A DNA stretch of 64,000 nucleotides from an uncultured Fidelibacterota bacterium (GCA_913049685.1 CAJWZD010000002.1:2694-66693); one strand, 5' to 3'. Shown: positions 10,313 to 20,060, counted from the first letter of the stretch. Numbers and translations are program-made. The notes: generated from the sequence alone by a model not told the origin.

Positions 10313-10978
10313 TTATTGTGTTAGGGAAAACCAGACAATATTGGTACCCATTTGCAATGCGGATTGACGCACAACCTCAGGATTATTATGCACCTCAGAA
10401 TCTTCCCAGCCATCGCCAAGGTCAGACTCGTAAGTGAAAAAAACAATTAGTCGCTTATTATCAAATAGCCCCAGACCTTGTGGTGGTTTCCCGTTGTGTT
10501 CGTGAATTTTGGGTAATCCATTAGGTAGGTTAAAATAGCAACTGTAAATAGGATGTTCTATTGGTAGCTCAACCCATTCTTTTTCAGGAAAAACTTTTTT
10601 CATTTCTCTTTTGAAAGAATCATGCATTCCATAATTATCATCAGCGTGAAGGAATGCTCCTTTTAATAGATGGTTTCTCAATGCTCCAATTTCTTCATCA
10701 CTAAATCTGATGTTTCCATGGCCAGTTAAGTATAGAAATGTATGTCCATATAGACTTTCACTGGTTAGCTTGATCTTATATTCACTGTTCTCAATCTTTA
10801 TATTAGTTTTATCTGAAATAAAATCAATGAGATTGGGCAGACTGCTTGGATCAGCATACCAGTCACCTCCACCAGAATACTGAATTCGTGCTATATTAAA
10901 ATCTTGAGCAGAGATAATGCTCGTGAGTATTAAAATAAAAAATTGTCTATATATTTTATGCCTATTAATTAATAACAT
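10313..10978 (-). CDS. DUF4159 domain protein
   Basis: YSGGGDWY, FLYLTGHG, ADDNYG, GLPKIHEH, SDLGDGWE, MGTNI. Confidence 0.85.
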   Translation of the reverse strand: MLLINRHKIYRQFFILILTSIISAQDFNIARIQYSGGGDWYADPSSLPNLIDFISDKTNIKIENSEYKIKLTSESLYGHTFLYLTGHGNIRFSDEEIGALRNHLLKGAFLHADDNYGMHDSFKREMKKVFPEKEWVELPIEHPIYSCYFNLPNGLPKIHEHNGKPPQGLGLFDNKRLIVFFTYESDLGDGWEDSEVHNNPEVVRQSALQMGTNIVWFSLTQ

Positions 10979-11063
10979 AGATTACAAATTATTTAAATAA
11001 TTAATTGAAATTACAGCTGCTAAAACTATGTAAGTTTACAAGAATTTAAATAAAAGTTTCCTA

Positions 11064-11092
11064 TGTAGTTATTGTTATTAACAACAACTACA
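11064..11092. promoter_or_regulatory. Inverted repeat (13-bp arms, 1 mismatch) in a divergent promoter region
   Basis: TGTAGTTATTGTT-att-AACAACAACTACA. Confidence 0.5.
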
Positions 11093-11142
11093 ATAATCGT
11101 ATATTTACTAGTCTTCTAAAATACACCGTTTAAACAAAAACA

Positions 11143-12960
11143 GTGCTGAAAAAAATAATATTCACGTTATTAATTCTATTCGCTTCAACGGATTTAAGAG
11201 CTCAGTTATCTGAGCCAGATTCCAGTAGGTTTAGATCGATGATTTTTAGAATATTTTCTTTGGATAGGATCGACCCTAACGATTATGAAAAAGGGTATAT
11301 TTTTGATAGAATTTTTAAAAGAAGAGAATTTCATCGCCCTGTCAATTTTATCCCATTAGAACTCAGATATGGATTTGGATATAATAGTGGAGGCGGATTT
11401 TTGGGTTTGGGGAACTTGAGAAGCAGTTGGATGTCATATGAAAATGAAGGAGTGTCAAGTTTTAGTGGTGGAAATTTTTCATCAAGATTAGGACATCAAC
11501 TTGATATTGATATTTTAAAAACAAATTTAGCGTACTACTGGTTTGGAAATAGCTGGCTGGATATGCATTCAGGGATAAACTTGAGGTATAGTTCATTATT
11601 AATTCCTTCCAAAATACCTTCTGATTGGAATGGTATAAAAGAATCATGGAAATTAAATGCAAAATTTAATGCTCGAATATTTGAGCTCGGTTGGAGCCAG
11701 TCTTTGATTTTGCAATGGTTTGAAAGCTGGTTTACTTCATACCGCTATACCTATGGCATCGCACTGTCACAATTTTATCAGAAAGAAAGTTCGCCTTATG
11801 GGTTTGGTCCATCACAATCTATTACGATTGGGGGTCGATATATAATAGACAGAGATATGGCAAATCGATTTTCGATAGGCCTTGATTTTAAATTTACCTC
11901 AACATCTATAAATAAGATTAACGACCCTAAAGACGTAACTCCAATAAAAAGCTTCAACATTCAAACTGCTGGACTCTATGCAACAGCTTCTGTTTTTTTT
12001 GGGGGCCAGCAAACCAAAGGGGATTTAGGCAAGTCTTATTATTATGCTAAAGACTACATTTCAGCCAAACGATACCTTAATGAATTCATAGATGATAATC
12101 CAAATCATGCAAACATCAATAGTGCTTTAAAGCTCGTAGTTGAAAGTGATAGAAAAATTCCCTATCAAATAATGCGTCAGGGAATGAGCTTTGATGAAAG
12201 GGGTATGGTGGTAAGAGCAATTGAAAAATACATTCGAGCAAAAGCTATCGCTGATACGCTTTTAGCAGATGTGATAGATGATAGGATAAGAGAAATAACT
12301 TACCGCGAAATTGAAAGAGCTGAGAAATGGTTATATGCTGGCCAGTCTGACACAGCAATTGCTCATGTCGTTATGGCAACAGGCTGGTATCCCGAACTTA
12401 GTCATCATATTAATAGGTTCAAGGTGTATAATTTTATGACAAAAGGTGAGCAGCTCTATAAGATTGGTTTATATGATCGTGCTTTGAAGTATTTTAACGC
12501 AGCCCAAAAAATTAACCCCTCTCTTGATTTTGAAGTAGCAACACATAAGTATAGAATTGCATCAGATTTGCTTATCACAGCAGATACTTTAAGAGATATA
12601 AATTCCTTAAAATTTGTTGTGTTCGCCCTTGAAGAAACTCAGAGACTGACAGGCTCATTAAGTCCTGCGAACATGAAGACTTTAGACTTATTAAAGAAAA
12701 AAATGCATCTACGGGAAGAGTACGAAATTCGAAAAAAAATAGACAGCAGACTTAAAAAAGAAAAAAGGGATAAATCTAAAAATAAACCTATCTACATCGG
12801 GATGACAGTATCAGAGGTTGACAAAATAATGGGAAAACCTCATGAAATTATAACAAACGACAGCTCAGGAAAAAATCAGCTTTGGATTTACAAATATCAA
12901 AATGAAAAAGGCGTAGCCCTTACCTTTATTGATTACAAATTAATCAAAATTGAGGAATAG
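11143..12960 (+). CDS. Exported hypothetical protein: putative beta-barrel, TPR region and C-terminal SmpA/BamE-like domain
   Basis: Signal peptide; aromatic-rich beta strands; TPR helices; IGMTVSEVDKIMGKP...QLWIY. Confidence 0.6.
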   Translation: MLKKIIFTLLILFASTDLRAQLSEPDSSRFRSMIFRIFSLDRIDPNDYEKGYIFDRIFKRREFHRPVNFIPLELRYGFGYNSGGGFLGLGNLRSSWMSYENEGVSSFSGGNFSSRLGHQLDIDILKTNLAYYWFGNSWLDMHSGINLRYSSLLIPSKIPSDWNGIKESWKLNAKFNARIFELGWSQSLILQWFESWFTSYRYTYGIALSQFYQKESSPYGFGPSQSITIGGRYIIDRDMANRFSIGLDFKFTSTSINKINDPKDVTPIKSFNIQTAGLYATASVFFGGQQTKGDLGKSYYYAKDYISAKRYLNEFIDDNPNHANINSALKLVVESDRKIPYQIMRQGMSFDERGMVVRAIEKYIRAKAIADTLLADVIDDRIREITYREIERAEKWLYAGQSDTAIAHVVMATGWYPELSHHINRFKVYNFMTKGEQLYKIGLYDRALKYFNAAQKINPSLDFEVATHKYRIASDLLITADTLRDINSLKFVVFALEETQRLTGSLSPANMKTLDLLKKKMHLREEYEIRKKIDSRLKKEKRDKSKNKPIYIGMTVSEVDKIMGKPHEIITNDSSGKNQLWIYKYQNEKGVALTFIDYKLIKIEE

Positions 12961-12965
12961 TCATA

Positions 12966-14087
12966 TTAGAGCAGATGAGCATTTTTTCTTACGAACGCAA
13001 TTTCTTTAATTATGACCTTAATTACTCCTGTCGCAGGAACAGCAAATAGCATTCCTAGCGGGCCTAAAAGCGTACCGCCAATGAGAAGTACTATCATTAC
13101 AAGCATCGGGTGTAAGCCAACACTTTTTCCAACTAATGCCGGTGTAATTAAATTACCTTCAATCTGTTGCACGATTAAAAACATAAAAATGATATCAATA
13201 CAGAAAAAAGGAGATGGAATTGTTCCTAAGAACATATGAGAGGTTGCTGCGTCATTACCAAGATTATTCATAAACGCGATTAATAGTGCAGGTATCATTC
13301 CAACAAATGGGCCAACCAAAGGTATCAGATTTGCGAGTCCTGCTATTATTCCAATAAATATTACCAATGTAATATTAGCTCCAAAAAAATTTAATAATAG
13401 AAGACCAGCAATTGACATGCCGCCCACGCTAGCAGCTGATAAAAACTGTCCCCTCAAATAGCTGGACACTGACTTTTCAATATTATAAATAAGCTTTAAG
13501 CCAAGCTCAAAAAATTTATTCGGTATAGAGTTGACCAAAACTTTTTTAAACTTGTGATACTCAGAAAGAAGAATTATTGTAAAGATGAATACCATAATTG
13601 CTATGAACATAAAATTTCCAACAATGCTTACCAATGATCCCAATGATCCTAAGACAGATTGTGTTACTTCAGTTAATTTATTCGCCAAATAATCGGAAGA
13701 AGATTCCTCGCTTTTCATAAAAGATGGCATTGCCGAAGTCATCTTATCGCCCAATGATTTAAACTCACTCATCATTGTAGCCTGATCAACTCTTTCAGAA
13801 AATTCCTGAGCCTGTATAGATATTTGTGAAATAAAACTACCAATAAAAGTAGAGATGCTAGTAAGCAAAATTATTACTACACCAAGAACCGATAACCCTC
13901 TATTCCCTATTTTTCTTTCAAAAGTATCTACGCTTGACAAAAGAAGTGTTGTGAAAAGAAATGCAAAAACCAGCATTAAGATAACATCAGATATAAAGGG
14001 CCAAATTAAATTAATAAACCAAATTGCTATCAATGTCAAAATTATTCGGTAGATTTGTTGAATATAATTTATTTGCTGATTAATCAT
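12966..14087 (-). CDS. AI-2E (PerM/TqsA) family transporter
   Basis: YLRGQ, LIPLVGP, QQIEGNLITPALVGKSVGLHP, GPLGMLFAVP. Confidence 0.9.
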   Translation of the reverse strand: MINQQINYIQQIYRIILTLIAIWFINLIWPFISDVILMLVFAFLFTTLLLSSVDTFERKIGNRGLSVLGVVIILLTSISTFIGSFISQISIQAQEFSERVDQATMMSEFKSLGDKMTSAMPSFMKSEESSSDYLANKLTEVTQSVLGSLGSLVSIVGNFMFIAIMVFIFTIILLSEYHKFKKVLVNSIPNKFFELGLKLIYNIEKSVSSYLRGQFLSAASVGGMSIAGLLLLNFFGANITLVIFIGIIAGLANLIPLVGPFVGMIPALLIAFMNNLGNDAATSHMFLGTIPSPFFCIDIIFMFLIVQQIEGNLITPALVGKSVGLHPMLVMIVLLIGGTLLGPLGMLFAVPATGVIKVIIKEIAFVRKNAHLL

Positions 14088-14587
14088 TTAGACTGTTCTT
14101 TAATAAGCATGTGATTTGTTCTTCTAAGTCTTTCTCCTAAAAGACCGCCCAGGTTAAACATTATTTTATGTCCCAATACAGGGTTACGTTCCTGTAAAAT
14201 CATAAGGTCTTGAGTAAAGAAACCTAGGAGCTTACAATCCTCAATTGCTATCGCATTTGCTGAACGAGGCTCATCATCAAATAGCGCTAACTCGCCAAAA
14301 AATTCACCCTTCTCAAGCTCAGCAAGAGTATTTTCGTTGCCAGATCTTGTACCTATTGTAATCTTAATTGAGCCGCGCATAATTATATACATACCTTCAC
14401 CAGGTGCACGATTTTTAAAAATAAAATCCCCAACCTTATAATCTCGATGATGCATCATATTTTCAAGCTCGTTAAAATCTTTATGACTTAAATTTTTGAA
14501 TACAGGTATTTTTTTAAGGGTGTGCACAGCTTCACTCTCTGAATTATCCCACCCTTTAAAAATATTTTCCCATTTTGCGCTTTTCAA
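14084..14587 (-). CDS. Stand-alone cyclic-nucleotide-binding domain protein
   Basis: IPVFKNL, MYII, FFGELAL..PRSA phosphate-binding cassette; no HTH domain; TTG start. Confidence 0.88.
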   Translation of the reverse strand: MKSAKWENIFKGWDNSESEAVHTLKKIPVFKNLSHKDFNELENMMHHRDYKVGDFIFKNRAPGEGMYIIMRGSIKITIGTRSGNENTLAELEKGEFFGELALFDDEPRSANAIAIEDCKLLGFFTQDLMILQERNPVLGHKIMFNLGGLLGERLRRTNHMLIKEQSK

Positions 14588-14666
14588 ATTATACTCCCTT
14601 ATTTAGAAGTTAGATTATAGTTACATGATGATAAAAACTACAAGAAAAGTAAACATCACAATAAAA

Positions 14667-14696
14667 TTGACCTTTCTTAATTCAATTCGGTAGTTT
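14667..14696 (+). promoter_or_regulatory. Putative sigma70 promoter of envC
   Basis: TTGACC-N18-TAGTTT, ending 8 nt before the ATG. Confidence 0.5.
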
Positions 14697-14704
14697 ACTG
14701 CATT

Positions 14705-15898
14705 ATGTATTATAAAATAATCATCATTTTATCTATACTGCTGAGCTATCCTTTCGCTCAAAGAAGCCCAAGAGACTTTGAGAGAGAATTAAAAGCGCAA
14801 AATAGCGCAATCCAATCTCTGAAAGATGAAATTGAAGCAACTAAAAAAAGAATTCAATCAGAAAATAAAAAAGAAAAATCCTCAGTAAGAAAAGTTAGCA
14901 ATCTTTCTGAGGAAATTGCACTATTACAAAAATTATTAAAGGAACTAGCAAAGGAAGAAAAGCTTTTAGTTGCAGATATATCAAGGCTTGAGCGTAAAAT
15001 TAATGAAAGCGAAAATAGCCTTGAAAGTTTACGCAAACTCTACGCCAAGAGATTAGCTACAATGTATAAAAAAGGACAGCTATCAAATCTTGAAAAAGTC
15101 CTTAGTTCTACCTCATGGAGGCAAGCTATATACCGATCAAAATATTTAAAAATTATTTCAAAAATTGATCAGGATGCTCATGATACGATAAGATCTCTCT
15201 TGATCGAGATTGGTAAACAGAAATTGAGCCTTGAATCTGCTCTAAGGAAGAAAAGATACTTAAAGAAGGAAAGAGAGAAAACGCTTTCACAGGTACGCTC
15301 AAAAAAGAAAAAAGAGCAGCGCGAGCTCTCAAGGATAAGAAAAAGCCAAAAAGAATTGAAAAACTATTTGTCTGAAAAACAAGCTGGGATGAAACAGCTT
15401 GAGGTAATTATTAAAAAAATTCGCGAAGATATAGCAAGACTTGATCGCGAAGAGAGAATTCGAAGACAACAAATGGCCCTTCAGTCAAAAGAGTTTCCCA
15501 AGCTGAAAGGGCAGTTAGCATGGCCAGCTGAAGGTCGAGTTTCAGCGAAATTTGGTAGACAGTGGAATCCAAAACTTAAAACTACAACAGAAAATCCTGG
15601 CATTGATATTAAAGGTAAACCAGGATCTGAAGTAAAGACAGTTTTAGGTGGCGTTGTTACTACAATAACATTTATCAGAGGATATGGAACTACGATTATA
15701 ATTGATCATGGAAGCGGATTCTATACGGTTTATAGTCATGTTTCAAATGTAGAAACAAATGTAGACAGTCAAGTAAATAGTGGTGACGTAATTGCTTACA
15801 TGGGAGATTCTGGTTCAATTAATGGTTCACAGCTTCACTTTGAGATATGGGGAGAAGGGAAGAAGCTAAACCCAGAAAATTGGTTAAGAAAGAGATGA
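14705..15898 (+). CDS. envC: Murein hydrolase activator EnvC-like (coiled coil plus degenerate M23/LytM domain)
   Basis: Long coiled coil; WPAEG, NPGIDI, IIDHG, YSH, QLHFEI with zinc ligands missing. Confidence 0.82.
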   Translation: MYYKIIIILSILLSYPFAQRSPRDFERELKAQNSAIQSLKDEIEATKKRIQSENKKEKSSVRKVSNLSEEIALLQKLLKELAKEEKLLVADISRLERKINESENSLESLRKLYAKRLATMYKKGQLSNLEKVLSSTSWRQAIYRSKYLKIISKIDQDAHDTIRSLLIEIGKQKLSLESALRKKRYLKKEREKTLSQVRSKKKKEQRELSRIRKSQKELKNYLSEKQAGMKQLEVIIKKIREDIARLDREERIRRQQMALQSKEFPKLKGQLAWPAEGRVSAKFGRQWNPKLKTTTENPGIDIKGKPGSEVKTVLGGVVTTITFIRGYGTTIIIDHGSGFYTVYSHVSNVETNVDSQVNSGDVIAYMGDSGSINGSQLHFEIWGEGKKLNPENWLRKR

Positions 15899-17040
15899 AT
15901 ATTTCAGAGGCACAACCGTTTATTTGGCAACGCCTAAACAAAATAAAATCTAATGATAAAATAGGGACTTCCTATCTTTTCTCAGGGCCGGTTGGTTGCG
16001 GAAAAGAGTGGTGTGCTATTGAATTTTCAAAACTAATTAATTGTGAATTAGAACAATCAGCATCCTGCAGTTCTTGCGCGTCGTGTCAAAAATTCTCAGC
16101 CTTACAACATGAAAATTTAAACCTTGTGTTCCCTTTGCCAAGTATATCAAAATCAAAAACAGAAGATGATCCAATTAAAAGTATTAATAAAGAAGATTAT
16201 GAATTAATCTTAGAGATGATTGGTTCTAAATCAAAAGATCCTTTTTATAAGATCAATCTTCCCAGCGCAAGAAGAATAACAATTAATTCAATTAGATTTT
16301 TAAGAAAAACATTGTATCTAACGTCACAAAACAGTTCGAGAAAAATTGTTGTTATTTTTGACGCACACTTGCTCTCTGAAGGTGCCGGTGAATCCGCAAA
16401 TGCCTTATTGAAGATTTTAGAAGAACCTCCAAATAATACCTCATTAATCCTAGTAACAGATAAAAAATCTAAACTACCCCTTACAATTATTAGTCGATGT
16501 CAACAAGTTGACTTTTCAAGTCTTCCTTTCGATGTAGTTCGTAAGCTCATTGAAAATGATAAAATTGATAATGATAGAGCAACTCAATTAGCTATGCTAT
16601 CAAATGGAAATATGCATTTAGCAAAAGAGCTTGCCTCAAAAGATATTGACTTCCCTATTGAAGAGGCATATACTCTTTTAAAGTCGCTAACTTTGTTAGA
16701 TCAAAATACCTGGCGCAATTCAATTAATGATTTTTCAATGCTAGCCCTCAGAAAGCCTGATGAATTTATTTTTAAAATAAATTTAATTCAGATGTGGATG
16801 AATATCGCTTTAAAGTTTAAATATGATAGAAAAGATTTACCTTTATTAGATAGTGAACTTGACTCTTTTGAAGAATTTACTAATAAATTTCCAAATGCTA
16901 ATTTTTTTGAAATTAATATTTTACTTGAAAAGGCAATTGTAGCATTAAGCCGAAATCTATATATGCCACTATTCATCCTTGATATGATGATATCAATTCA
17001 AACCTTGCTAAAAGGCAAAAAGCCAAAAATAACAATATGA
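15895..17040 (+). CDS. holB: DNA polymerase III delta' subunit
   Basis: YLFSGPVGCGK, C...CSSCASC zinc module, ANALLKILEEP, TIISRCQ; ATG overlaps the envC stop. Confidence 0.9.
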   Translation: MNISEAQPFIWQRLNKIKSNDKIGTSYLFSGPVGCGKEWCAIEFSKLINCELEQSASCSSCASCQKFSALQHENLNLVFPLPSISKSKTEDDPIKSINKEDYELILEMIGSKSKDPFYKINLPSARRITINSIRFLRKTLYLTSQNSSRKIVVIFDAHLLSEGAGESANALLKILEEPPNNTSLILVTDKKSKLPLTIISRCQQVDFSSLPFDVVRKLIENDKIDNDRATQLAMLSNGNMHLAKELASKDIDFPIEEAYTLLKSLTLLDQNTWRNSINDFSMLALRKPDEFIFKINLIQMWMNIALKFKYDRKDLPLLDSELDSFEEFTNKFPNANFFEINILLEKAIVALSRNLYMPLFILDMMISIQTLLKGKKPKITI

Positions 17041-18530
17041 AGCCATTCTATATTACTACCCCTATATATTACGTAAATGACAAGCCTCATATTGGACATG
17101 CGTATACTACAATTTTAGCTGATGTTGTAGCGCGTCATCATCGCAATAGCGGCAAAGATGTTTTTTTTCTTACTGGTTTAGATGAGCACGGCCAAAAAGT
17201 TCAGCAAGCAGCAGAGAAAAGAGGTGTTGATCCTAAAAAACATTGCGATGAGATGGCTCCTAGATTTTTAGAGCTTTGGAAGCGGCTCCACATTCAATAT
17301 GACGATTTTATTCGAACTACAGAAAAGCGCCACACTGACACAGTTAAAAAAATTCTTCAAAATGTCTACGATAAAGGAGATATCTATGAAGACAGTTATG
17401 AAGGACTGTACTCTGTTTCAGAAGAAAGATTTATTACAGAAAAAGAAGCTGAATCAGGGCATTATAGAGATATAAAAAAGTTAAAAGAAAAAAATTATTT
17501 TTTTAAAATGTCAAGATATCAAGAAAAACTAATAGAGCATATTGAGCAAAATCCTATGTTTATTCAACCTACTCATAGAAAAAATGAGGTACTGGGTTTT
17601 TTAAAATCTTCATTAAGCGATTTATGCATATCTCGCCCAAAATCTCGACTCAATTGGGGTATTGAGCTTCCGTTTGATTCAAAATATGTTACATATGTAT
17701 GGTTCGACGCCCTAATTAATTATGTCTCTGCGCTAGGATTAAATGGTGAAGAGGAAAAATATAAATCGTTTTGGCCTGTAAATTTTCATTTAATTGGTAA
17801 AGATATCCTAACAACGCATGCAGTTTATTGGCCCACCATGCTGATGTCTGCTGAAATAAAATTGCCTAGGAGTATATTTGCCCATGGATGGTGGATGAGT
17901 GATCAATCTAAAATGAGTAAATCATTAGGAAATGTTATTGACCCATTGGAATTAATTGAATCATACGGCGTAGACCCAGTGCGTTTTTATTTAATGAAGG
18001 AAATGGTTTTAGGTCATGACTCTAATTTTAGCATGGATTCATTTATAAAGTGCTATAACAGTGACCTTGCAAATGATTTTGGAAACTTATTAAGTAGAGT
18101 ATCAAATCTTGTAAATAAATTTTACAATGGAAGTCTAGTAGAAGGGGAAGACTTATCTGAGGACGGCCTAGCTATTAAAAAAAACGCAAAAGAAACAATT
18201 GATGAAGTGTCGAAGCTTATGGATGAAATGAAGATTAATGATGCAATTGAAAGAGTACTTCAATTTGTAAGAAATGTAAATAAGTTTTTAGAGCTTACAG
18301 CACCGTGGAAAGTTGTTAAAACGGACCTAAAAAGAGCTGGAAGGATCTTATTTACTGCAGCCGAGTCACTCCGAGTAATTGCCTTATTGTTTTCGCCGAT
18401 TATGCCAAATAGAACTAAATCCGTCCTAAACATATTGAATTCTAAAGACAAAGCTGTTTATTGGGGAGGTTTACAGGTGAATGATAAAATAAAAACCCAT
18501 GAGCCTCTTTTCCCAAGAATAGAATTATAG
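17037..18530 (+). CDS. metG: Methionine--tRNA ligase (short MetRS1 type, no C-terminal Trbp domain)
   Basis: PHIGHAY, GLDEHG, YVWFDAL, GKDI, KMSKSLGN. Confidence 0.97.
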   Translation: MKPFYITTPIYYVNDKPHIGHAYTTILADVVARHHRNSGKDVFFLTGLDEHGQKVQQAAEKRGVDPKKHCDEMAPRFLELWKRLHIQYDDFIRTTEKRHTDTVKKILQNVYDKGDIYEDSYEGLYSVSEERFITEKEAESGHYRDIKKLKEKNYFFKMSRYQEKLIEHIEQNPMFIQPTHRKNEVLGFLKSSLSDLCISRPKSRLNWGIELPFDSKYVTYVWFDALINYVSALGLNGEEEKYKSFWPVNFHLIGKDILTTHAVYWPTMLMSAEIKLPRSIFAHGWWMSDQSKMSKSLGNVIDPLELIESYGVDPVRFYLMKEMVLGHDSNFSMDSFIKCYNSDLANDFGNLLSRVSNLVNKFYNGSLVEGEDLSEDGLAIKKNAKETIDEVSKLMDEMKINDAIERVLQFVRNVNKFLELTAPWKVVKTDLKRAGRILFTAAESLRVIALLFSPIMPNRTKSVLNILNSKDKAVYWGGLQVNDKIKTHEPLFPRIEL

Positions 18531-18531
18531 C

Positions 18532-19164
18532 CTACCCTAATTTTCCTAAAATTTTTCTTCCATGATAGTATGTGCCACCAATTTTTTTGTGAATAGCGTT
18601 CAGGTTTTTGTTTGTTATTTTTCCAGCTGATATCACCTTAATTTCTCTACCATAATTATTAATTACTTTTTTAATAATATTTGATCCTGTTTCCGCAGTT
18701 CTAGATCTGCCAGAAGTTAATAGACTATCAATTCTTTTCGATTTAACCAGTGCCTCAATATCACCAAAAAATTCAATGCTCGTATCTATCGCTTTGTGAA
18801 AAGTAATTTTTATTGGAGCTGACCAGTCGCTGATTTTTTTTACATGATCCATATTCACAATATTATTTTTATCTAATATGCCAATAACTATGTGATTAAT
18901 ACCCATAGATTTAAAATTGGTAATTTGATCTCTGATGGTTAACATTTCTGAATTTGAATAGTAAAAATTACCAATTCTTGGCCTGATCATTACTTTTATA
19001 GGAATGGAAACGTTATTAATTATTTTTTCAACCAATTGAAGATTAGGAGTGAGGCCATCATTCCTCAAGTCACTGCAAACCTCTATTTGATCTGCACCTT
19101 TTTTTTCTGCGAGCCTAGCTTCATCATAAGACTCAACGCAGCACTCGATAAAAATTTTTTTCAA
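18532..19164 (-). CDS. cutC: Copper homeostasis protein CutC
   Basis: IEVCSDLRNDGLTP, VMIRPRIGNF, TFHKAID, LTSG. Confidence 0.9.
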   Translation of the reverse strand: MKKIFIECCVESYDEARLAEKKGADQIEVCSDLRNDGLTPNLQLVEKIINNVSIPIKVMIRPRIGNFYYSNSEMLTIRDQITNFKSMGINHIVIGILDKNNIVNMDHVKKISDWSAPIKITFHKAIDTSIEFFGDIEALVKSKRIDSLLTSGRSRTAETGSNIIKKVINNYGREIKVISAGKITNKNLNAIHKKIGGTYYHGRKILGKLG

Positions 19165-19249
19165 ATTTTACCTAAATGAATCAAATATTTTTAATAAATT
19201 GATTAAATAACTTAACCCTAGATTTTAGAAATAAATAAAAATATAAATT

Positions 19250-20008
19250 ATGATTATTGATTCACACTGCCACCTTTATTACGATAGCCTTGCTAACGAT
19301 ATAGATAATGTTATCCAAAGGGCAAATGATGCTGGAGTTTCTCGATTAGTGTGTGTTGGTACAAATGTTGAAGAATCAAAAAAATGTCTATCTATAACTG
19401 AAAATAATGATGATATTTTTTCTTCATCCGGGGTTCATCCCCATGATTCAAAAGACGTTGTTGATGGGTATATTGATGAAATATATGAACTAATGGAATA
19501 CGAAAGTATGATAGCCATTGGTGAGATTGGTTTGGATTATTTTAAAAACCATTCTGATCCAGAAATTCAAAAAAAAGTTTTTAAGGAATTAATGGAGGTT
19601 GCTCAAGATTTAGATAAGCCAGTAATTATTCACAGTCGAGATGCTGATGAGGATCTAATTCAAATAGTATCTGAATACTCAAGCGTTATAGGTGTAGCTC
19701 ACTGTTTTTCAAGTACACTAGAAACTGCGCAAGCTTTTTTGGAGCTTGGTTATTATATTTCATTTTCTGGAAATATTACATTTAATAACAGCCATTTACC
19801 AGAAGTTGTAAAATCAATTCCTTTAGATCGTGTTATGGTTGAAACAGACTCACCATTTTTAAGTCCCGAGCCAGAGAGAGGAAAGGGTAATGAGCCTAGC
19901 AGGATAGTTCATACTGTTAGCAAACTTTCTGAAATTTATGGAATTTCATATGAGGAAATTGCTAAGCATACTTATGATAATACCACAGAGCTCTTCCGAT
20001 TACCTTAA
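19250..20008 (+). CDS. tatD: TatD family deoxyribonuclease
   Basis: DSHCH, GVHPH, GEIGLDY, IHSRDA, HCF, ETDSPF. Confidence 0.95.
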   Translation: MIIDSHCHLYYDSLANDIDNVIQRANDAGVSRLVCVGTNVEESKKCLSITENNDDIFSSSGVHPHDSKDVVDGYIDEIYELMEYESMIAIGEIGLDYFKNHSDPEIQKKVFKELMEVAQDLDKPVIIHSRDADEDLIQIVSEYSSVIGVAHCFSSTLETAQAFLELGYYISFSGNITFNNSHLPEVVKSIPLDRVMVETDSPFLSPEPERGKGNEPSRIVHTVSKLSEIYGISYEEIAKHTYDNTTELFRLP

Positions 20009-20060
20009 AAATAATCACCTCAGTTTTTAATTTATCACCCCGTTTTTTAAAAAAACTATT

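Noticed and set aside
11033..11060. Possible dif site (AGTTTACAAGA resembles a reversed XerD arm)
   Set aside because: The arm is imperfect and there is no convincing XerC arm at 6-bp spacing
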